A stretch of DNA of 64,000 nt from an uncultured bacterium (GTDB taxonomy: Bacteria; Hydrothermota; UBA3073; NMUJ01; CBEVQO01), in NCBI GenBank assembly GCA_965552055.1, contig CBEVQO010000004.1:169833-233832 (forward strand), in the 5' to 3' direction. The notes beneath the pieces are model-generated. The model made no database searches. It was not told the origin of the DNA and saw only the letters and a program-made list of their open reading frames with translations. A program made the translations under genes and the position numbers. Below are positions 57,936 through 64,000 of this stretch, in pieces (position 1 is the first letter of the stretch; each line of letters begins with the position of its first letter).

Positions 57936-60900
57936 ATGATGATAATTTATTTGCTTACATTTAGTTTAATATGGCAGAAATTTCTGGATTTCGGTGGTAT
58001 TGATGAGGCACATGATGTAGCGGTGTCTTCCGATGGCTACATTTATGTGATAGGAGAAGACAGGAAAGATGTTATTTTATGTAAATTGACACCTCTTGGG
58101 GATACGGTTTTCACAAAGAGATTTGGCTCATCTGGACAGGATTTTGGTGAAGGGATTGCGATTGATAAGACGGACACTGCGATTATTTCCTGCGGCGGTT
58201 ATAACGGTTACTCTGATATTTTCCTTGCGAGACATAAAAAGGATGGGAGCAATGTTTTTCTCAATACTTATAATCATGGTGCACTTGAAATTGCAGAAGA
58301 TGTTTGTGTTGATGCCAATCGTTATATAGTATTATGTGGATGGGTGACACCAGCTATTCTTCAACAACATAATTTTCTTGTTAAAAAATTAAATCAGGCA
58401 GGTGCAACAATATGGACTAATACTTTCAAGATAATCAATTGCGACTCAAGATTAAGAAGTATTTCATGTGATAATACCGGGAATTATTATTACGCGGTAG
58501 GAAGTGTGTGGGATTCAACTGTTGCTCAATCTGACTGGATAATTTTGAAATTTGATTACAATGGAAACTGTATCGATACTTTGAGATGGGATGGCGGAAG
58601 CGATGATGATGCTTATGGGATTTGTGTTGATAAATCGGGTAAGATTGTAGTTGTCGGTGGAACTGAAATTTCCACCTGGGATATAAAAATAATGCGACTT
58701 TCTGAAAATCTTTCTATTTTATGGGAAAGAACATTTGATAATGGTGGATTTGATTGTGCTTATGGAGTATGTGTAGATGATAACAATAACATTTATATTT
58801 GTGGTGAAACTGAAATCGGGTCAGAAAGACATTTATTTGTCGCAAAATATGATAGTGCAGGAAATTTGCTTGACAATTTAGATATAGATGTGGGAGATAA
58901 AGCAAGGGCTTATGGTGTTGCTTACAAAGACGGAGAAATTTATATTACAGGTTTCAGAGAATTAGCAGGTGATACCGACTGGGTTATAGTTAAACTTTCA
59001 GATTTCACAATTTTAAAATTTACTGCAGATTTCGATGATACAAACAATTTCTATGCAAGAAAGCGCCTTTATACTATTGAAGTTGATTTATTCAATGTTT
59101 CTGGTGGAAATGCAATTGATACTGTGTATCTTGAAATTTTGAAAAATGGAAATGTTATCTTTCGCAGTATTTATAATAGAAAAAGCTCAGACCCTGACTC
59201 TTTTGAAATTTTAACAGGTGCTCAATATGTTATTGATAAGGACTCCTGTTACCATGTGATAACAGGTGATACTTTAAAGTGTTATTTCAGGTACTGGTTT
59301 GACTGGGATTTCCCCGGAGACACAGGACTTATCCTGCGTACTTATGCAGTTGATACAGCAGGACATAGAACAGCAAATTATAACTTATCATGCGATGTAG
59401 ATACTGCCATAAAAATCGATACATTTTATATAAATCCAGAAACAACAAATATAGGGGATACTATTATCTGGTATTACAAAATACTTTATAAACTTTCGCA
59501 AACGATAACGCCACCTGACTCCGAAATAGACACCGCTTTTCTACTTTTAGAAAATTTAGCACTTTGCAGGGATACGGTATTAAGAAAAGTCGTTTCTACG
59601 GATACTACACATGCCGAATATGTGAAAGGTGTTTATATTTATCATCCACAGGTTAAATTATCGCATCAAGGTGGATTTTATGATTTTACACAATTGAAAG
59701 ATACTGTTTATGTTCTTTCGCCGTTTAAAATAATTTCTTTATCTGCAGATTTTGATGATACAAATAATTTTTATGCGAGAAAAAGACTATATACAATAAA
59801 AACACAGGTAACGCATTATTTAGGGGGCGGTGCGATAGATACATTTTACTTGGAGATTATAAAAGGAAATATTATCCTTCGCAGTATTTATAATAGAAAA
59901 AGTAGCGATCCGGATTCTTTTGAAATTTTAGTTGGTTCTCAATATGTTATTGATCAAGATTCTTGCTATCATCTAATATTAGATGATACTTTGAAATGTT
60001 ATTTCAGATATTGGTTTGATTGGGATTTTCCTGGGGATACAGGCATTATATTACGGGTTTGTGCGGTAGATAGCTTCTCGAATCGTAGTAAATGGGATAC
60101 AATATATTGCGATGTAGATACTGCCATAAAAATTGATACATTTTATATGTATCCTGAAAGTGTATTGATACTTGACAAAGTTTACTGGCATTGCGAAATA
60201 CTTTACAGCATGTCAAATTCAATCGCACCTCCTGATTCCGAAATAGATACCTGTTTCTTATTCCTTGAAAACTTATCTTCGAAAAGAGATACAGTTTTGA
60301 GAAAGTCAATCTTTACAGACAGTTTATTTGCTGAGATTTTACCTGGTACTTATATTTATCACCCACAAGTTGTTCTTGCGCATCAAGGTGGATATTTTGA
60401 TTTTGTTCAATTCAAAGATACAATTTATGTCTCTTTAACAAAAGTAAATCCTATCTCTCCGCTTGATTCTTCGGCACTCAATACACCCACACCTCTCTTT
60501 GTATGGCATGTGGTACCTTCTGCAAATTATTACCACTTACAGATAGCAACTGATACTCTTTTTGTAAAATCTTTAATTCTCGATACAGCAGGGATTACAG
60601 ACACCTTTTTTGCATTGAAAGATACTTTGGAGGATGGGATTTATTACTGGCGAGTAAGAGCTTACGATACCCTTGGCAATACCGGTGAATTTTCAAATAA
60701 AGTTATGTTCTGGATAGATACTCATTCACCTGAAATTTTAAAAGTATATTACGATTATTATCAGGATTCTTTACCTAATTCCGTTATTTTCTATGCTATT
60801 GTTCGAGATAACTTTTGTGTAGATTCCGTATGGTTTCACTATCTCCCGGGATGGGAGCAGTGCGATACTTTTAAAATCTTAGAAATGCAATTGGAAGATA

Positions 60901-61277
60901 CGGTGTGGAAAACGCCGCCGATAATTTTTGAAAGCTCTCCTTGTATGATTTATTTTGTTAGAGCAAAGGATAAGGCAAATAATTTTGCATATTCAGATAC
61001 CGGTTTCATCGATGTTACCTTTGAATCTATCACAAAGCCAGAAATAGAGATATATCCTACAATTGTTAGAAATGTTATCAATTTAAAACTTCCAAAGAAT
61101 AAAATTGCACGATTTGAAATTTATGATTTAACTGGAAGAAAAATCAAAGAGTTAAAAATACTTTCCGATGGAAAGGTGCAAAAGGTTAATTTGAAATACT
61201 TACCAGCAGGGATTTATTTTGTTAAGATGAGATGCGAAAATTCAGAAAGAATTTTCAAGATCCTTGTTATAAAATGA
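57936..61277 (+). CDS. Large T9SS-cargo surface protein: beta-propeller, two ~240-aa tandem domains, Ig/FN3-like domains, CTD
   Basis: Propeller repeats; duplicated ADFDDTNNFYARKRLYTI module; YYWRVRAYD; C-terminal IYP...IYDLTGR...LPAGIYFV...KILVIK. Confidence 0.8.
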   Translation: MMIIYLLTFSLIWQKFLDFGGIDEAHDVAVSSDGYIYVIGEDRKDVILCKLTPLGDTVFTKRFGSSGQDFGEGIAIDKTDTAIISCGGYNGYSDIFLARHKKDGSNVFLNTYNHGALEIAEDVCVDANRYIVLCGWVTPAILQQHNFLVKKLNQAGATIWTNTFKIINCDSRLRSISCDNTGNYYYAVGSVWDSTVAQSDWIILKFDYNGNCIDTLRWDGGSDDDAYGICVDKSGKIVVVGGTEISTWDIKIMRLSENLSILWERTFDNGGFDCAYGVCVDDNNNIYICGETEIGSERHLFVAKYDSAGNLLDNLDIDVGDKARAYGVAYKDGEIYITGFRELAGDTDWVIVKLSDFTILKFTADFDDTNNFYARKRLYTIEVDLFNVSGGNAIDTVYLEILKNGNVIFRSIYNRKSSDPDSFEILTGAQYVIDKDSCYHVITGDTLKCYFRYWFDWDFPGDTGLILRTYAVDTAGHRTANYNLSCDVDTAIKIDTFYINPETTNIGDTIIWYYKILYKLSQTITPPDSEIDTAFLLLENLALCRDTVLRKVVSTDTTHAEYVKGVYIYHPQVKLSHQGGFYDFTQLKDTVYVLSPFKIISLSADFDDTNNFYARKRLYTIKTQVTHYLGGGAIDTFYLEIIKGNIILRSIYNRKSSDPDSFEILVGSQYVIDQDSCYHLILDDTLKCYFRYWFDWDFPGDTGIILRVCAVDSFSNRSKWDTIYCDVDTAIKIDTFYMYPESVLILDKVYWHCEILYSMSNSIAPPDSEIDTCFLFLENLSSKRDTVLRKSIFTDSLFAEILPGTYIYHPQVVLAHQGGYFDFVQFKDTIYVSLTKVNPISPLDSSALNTPTPLFVWHVVPSANYYHLQIATDTLFVKSLILDTAGITDTFFALKDTLEDGIYYWRVRAYDTLGNTGEFSNKVMFWIDTHSPEILKVYYDYYQDSLPNSVIFYAIVRDNFCVDSVWFHYLPGWEQCDTFKILEMQLEDTVWKTPPIIFESSPCMIYFVRAKDKANNFAYSDTGFIDVTFESITKPEIEIYPTIVRNVINLKLPKNKIARFEIYDLTGRKIKELKILSDGKVQKVNLKYLPAGIYFVKMRCENSERIFKILVIK

Positions 61278-61286
61278 TGTTTAATC

Positions 61287-62357
61287 TCAACTTTCTAACA
61301 ATTTTTCGAACAGTTCAATAAATTTTCGTGCAATTTTTTCTGCTGACCTTTCTTTTACAAATTTTATCGCATTCTCTCTTATTTTTTTAAATCTTTCTGT
61401 TTCTTCAAAAATATCAATCAAAGCATTTTTCAATTCATCAAAGTTTTTATATTTAAATATTTCGTCTTTAAAGTCTTCTGTAAATCCCGATGAGAGCGCG
61501 ACAATGGGAGTGCCCGAGCCTATGCATTGATAAAGGGTGCTCGATAATACAACCCATCTGGGGGAAGGTTTGTTGAAAATTAGTGCATCAACAGCATGTA
61601 AATAATCGTATAATTCAGAAAGACTGGGTGTTTCTTCTTTTATTATCACATCAATTTTACCCTTTGCTTTCTCAAATCCAGATAATGCTTCTTCATTTTT
61701 GCTCACCAGCAACAAAGTGATAGGATACTTTTTTGAAAGTTCAATATAAACAGGTATTGTTTCAACAGCATATTTTGCAGCGGGACCGAAAAAGAAAAGG
61801 ATTTTTCTGTTAATTGGAAGATTAAATTTTTCTCTCAATTTTATTTTCTCATCTTCAGAAACGAGTTTCAAAGGATGACAGGGGTACGGGATGATATATA
61901 CTCTATCTTTTGGATAAGCGGTTTTGACCCATTTTTCGTATCTTTCGTCAAAACATACGATTGCATCCCAATCAAATTGATAGAAGCGAGGGTCTTTTTT
62001 CAATTCACCGTCATGAATAACAGTTACAGTTTTGGCTTTCCTTTTTATATGCGGATAAAATATTTTAGCGAGAAGGTCATAGGGTAGCATTCCGAGGTCT
62101 TCTGTTACAAAAATTTCATAATCTGTGGTGAGAAAAGGTCGAGCATCGAGGTCAGGCTCTTTATAATTTGAAGTTGTAAAACATCTTATAACATAATCTT
62201 CGTCTTCGCCCACGATCGCAGTACCGTGAAAACTATATCTGTAGAATGTGAAGACAGTAAGATTATGCCCCATTTTAACCCATTCTCTGCCGATAAACTC
62301 TGCATGAATCGAGGCTCCAGAATTTGTATTCCAGGCAGACATCAATCCAATTTTCAT
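61287..62357 (-). CDS. GT-B fold glycosyltransferase (GT4-like, divergent)
   Basis: MKIGLMSAWNT.SG, K.GH.LTV, LFFFG, GTPIV, S.EKIA.KF.EL. Confidence 0.65.
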   Translation of the reverse strand: MKIGLMSAWNTNSGASIHAEFIGREWVKMGHNLTVFTFYRYSFHGTAIVGEDEDYVIRCFTTSNYKEPDLDARPFLTTDYEIFVTEDLGMLPYDLLAKIFYPHIKRKAKTVTVIHDGELKKDPRFYQFDWDAIVCFDERYEKWVKTAYPKDRVYIIPYPCHPLKLVSEDEKIKLREKFNLPINRKILFFFGPAAKYAVETIPVYIELSKKYPITLLLVSKNEEALSGFEKAKGKIDVIIKEETPSLSELYDYLHAVDALIFNKPSPRWVVLSSTLYQCIGSGTPIVALSSGFTEDFKDEIFKYKNFDELKNALIDIFEETERFKKIRENAIKFVKERSAEKIARKFIELFEKLLES

Positions 62358-62601
62358 AGCATTATAATTTAAAGAAAATATCCATTTGTCAACCGAAAAT
62401 TTAATTTTCCACCGATATATAACTGCAAAATCAATTTTTCTTTACGAGAAAGGATTATAATTAAATTAAGGAGGGTATAGTTTTGTCGTTTTTAAGTGGC
62501 GGATTGATACCATTGGAGATACAATATCTGCAAAAGTGGTTTCAAATGAGATTGAATTAAAATGGAAAGACAATTCAAAATATGGAAATAAGAATTTCAG
62601 C

Positions 62602-62630
62602 TTGACAACTTTTTTTTTTTCGATTATAAT
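62602..62630 (+). promoter_or_regulatory. Promoter TTGACA-N17-TATAAT with a T11 tract in the spacer
   Basis: TTGACA 62602-07, T11 62610-20, TATAAT 62625-30. Confidence 0.65.
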
Positions 62631-62680
62631 AAATGAAATGAAGGTATGTCTCAATAAGGTAAGATTAAAAAGGAGGGGGT

Positions 62681-63649
62681 ATGGTAAGGATTAATTTTTG
62701 GATGATTTTTATAGTTATACTAATGTCTTATTCTATTCCATTATATAGTGAAGAAAAAGGTAAGAGAAAAGTTATGCAATGGGAAGTGGAGAAAGCAGAA
62801 CCGCTCTCGCCAGCATTTGATAGGAGTAAAAGGAAAACGAACTGGTTGGGATTGTGGTTGTCATTTTTTGAAGAAGCTTTGGATGAGCGGAAGCGCATTC
62901 CAAGAGCGATCAGCCGATGGAAAGAACTTGAAAGTTCTGCTACATATAGCTCACCTTTATATGGAGATGGTACACCGATGTATAAAAGTAAAAATGAAGA
63001 AAAGCGGGCGATAGTAGAACTAATAGGTAAAGCTTCGGATAAAAGAGGATTATTTATAATTAAGCAAGCCCTAATCAATGGGGATAAAAAATTAAAACTT
63101 TCTGCAATGAGAGCGCTTATAGGATTTAATGATTCTTTAGTGGTAAAGGAGTTCAAGCCGATTTTGAGAAAATTCCTCGAAGATAAAGATGAGGAATTAA
63201 AAGTTTCAGCTGCTGTGACATTAGCATTCTGGAGAGACACTGCGGCTTGGGATGTTCTTAAGGAACACCCTAACCCGGATGCTTTAATGGCCTTGGGTAC
63301 AGAGGAATCAGTAGCTTTTTTAGAGGAAATAAGAAGAAAATTACCTCCTTCTCCTATAGGAAAAGTAAAAGACCCTTGGTGTGAAGTTGTTATGACACAC
63401 ATCGCTGGAGTCATATACCCTTGGCATGAGATTTTAGAAAGGTTAAAGAGTGATAATTTTGTCTTGCGCGAGATAGCACTTATACATTTGATGATGATAG
63501 ATACGCCTGAGGCAATTGAACTAATAAAAAAGTGTCTCAATGATCCAAATCCTTATGTGCGACAACATGCTGAGGAGGTGTTAAATTTTTTACCTACATG
63601 GAGAAAATTTGTGAAAAAGCAAAAAGAATTTGAAGGAGGTGAAAAATGA
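62681..63649 (+). CDS. Exported HEAT-repeat protein
   Basis: Signal peptide; LEDKDEELKVSAAVTL, LNDPNPYVRQHAEEVL. Confidence 0.8.
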   Translation: MVRINFWMIFIVILMSYSIPLYSEEKGKRKVMQWEVEKAEPLSPAFDRSKRKTNWLGLWLSFFEEALDERKRIPRAISRWKELESSATYSSPLYGDGTPMYKSKNEEKRAIVELIGKASDKRGLFIIKQALINGDKKLKLSAMRALIGFNDSLVVKEFKPILRKFLEDKDEELKVSAAVTLAFWRDTAAWDVLKEHPNPDALMALGTEESVAFLEEIRRKLPPSPIGKVKDPWCEVVMTHIAGVIYPWHEILERLKSDNFVLREIALIHLMMIDTPEAIELIKKCLNDPNPYVRQHAEEVLNFLPTWRKFVKKQKEFEGGEK

Positions 63650-64000
63650 AGATGAAAGTTTTGTTTGTGGGCTTCTGCATAATTACCAATATCTACGGAT
63701 ATGAAAGAAGTCAAGCGGCCCGCTATGCTGATAGATGGGTAAGAGATTGGGATTATTATCCGGGTGATACATTACGAAATAACGGAGGTCCATTATGCAC
63801 TCCACATGTAAATTGGCCGTATGCTAATGAATGGCCCTATCATAGTTATTCTCGTCCACGCCCTCAATTAGGTTCAGGTGGTGACTGTGCCAATTATGTA
63901 TCACAGTGTTTAATAGCGGGTGGGTTAACTTTCTGGAAGCCTCCGCATCTTGACGAGGAGGGTAATATAATTTATCCACCATGGACAGATGACAGAGGTG
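63646..64000 (+). CDS. Exported putative amidase (Amidase_6-like), partial
   Basis: SD GGAGGT; manual translation MKMKVLFVGF...YERSQAARYADRW...GGDCANYVSQCLIAGG; runs off the window. Confidence 0.8.
   Translation, partial: MKMKVLFVGFCIITNIYGYERSQAARYADRWVRDWDYYPGDTLRNNGGPLCTPHVNWPYANEWPYHSYSRPRPQLGSGGDCANYVSQCLIAGGLTFWKPPHLDEEGNIIYPPWTDDRG

Noticed and set aside
62728..63540. 270-aa antisense ORF
   Set aside because: Shadow of the HEAT gene, which has a promoter, SD and motifs; the antisense product has no recognisable features.
1..64000. CRISPR array, rRNA or recoded stop codons
   Set aside because: No spaced repeats or rRNA-like tracts; known genes are full length under the standard code.

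Overview
AT-rich (roughly one-third GC by eye), densely packed chromosomal window from a diderm, probably anaerobic bacterium. It carries type IX secretion (T9SS)-type cargo, a PorU-like sortase and a PorV-like barrel. My guess is an FCB-related candidate lineage such as WOR-3; this is inference only. Housekeeping content: alaS, rpsA, tadA, tldD/pmbA, kbl, buk/ptb, hypE, a Sir2 deacylase, tRNA-Leu(GAG) and surface-glycan glycosyltransferases. Most unusual signals: (1) nearly every intergenic sigma70-type promoter has a 15-bp rather than 17-bp -35/-10 spacer, and many lead directly into a start codon (leaderless). (2) A 3.8-kb integrase-less insert bounded by a perfect 23-bp direct repeat (51306-51328 / 55105-55127). 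It encodes a secreted protein with a Cys-rich cationic beta-hairpin tail, a peptidase-like/FGE-fold lipoprotein and an outer-membrane barrel. (3) A CBS - antiporter - antiporter - PTS EIIA - PII-like operon. (4) An HTH-STAS-anti-sigma-kinase fusion. (5) Very short, uncharged N-terminal signal segments and dense D-(S/T)-hydrophobic sequons on exported proteins. All calls come from reading motifs by eye; no database searches were run.
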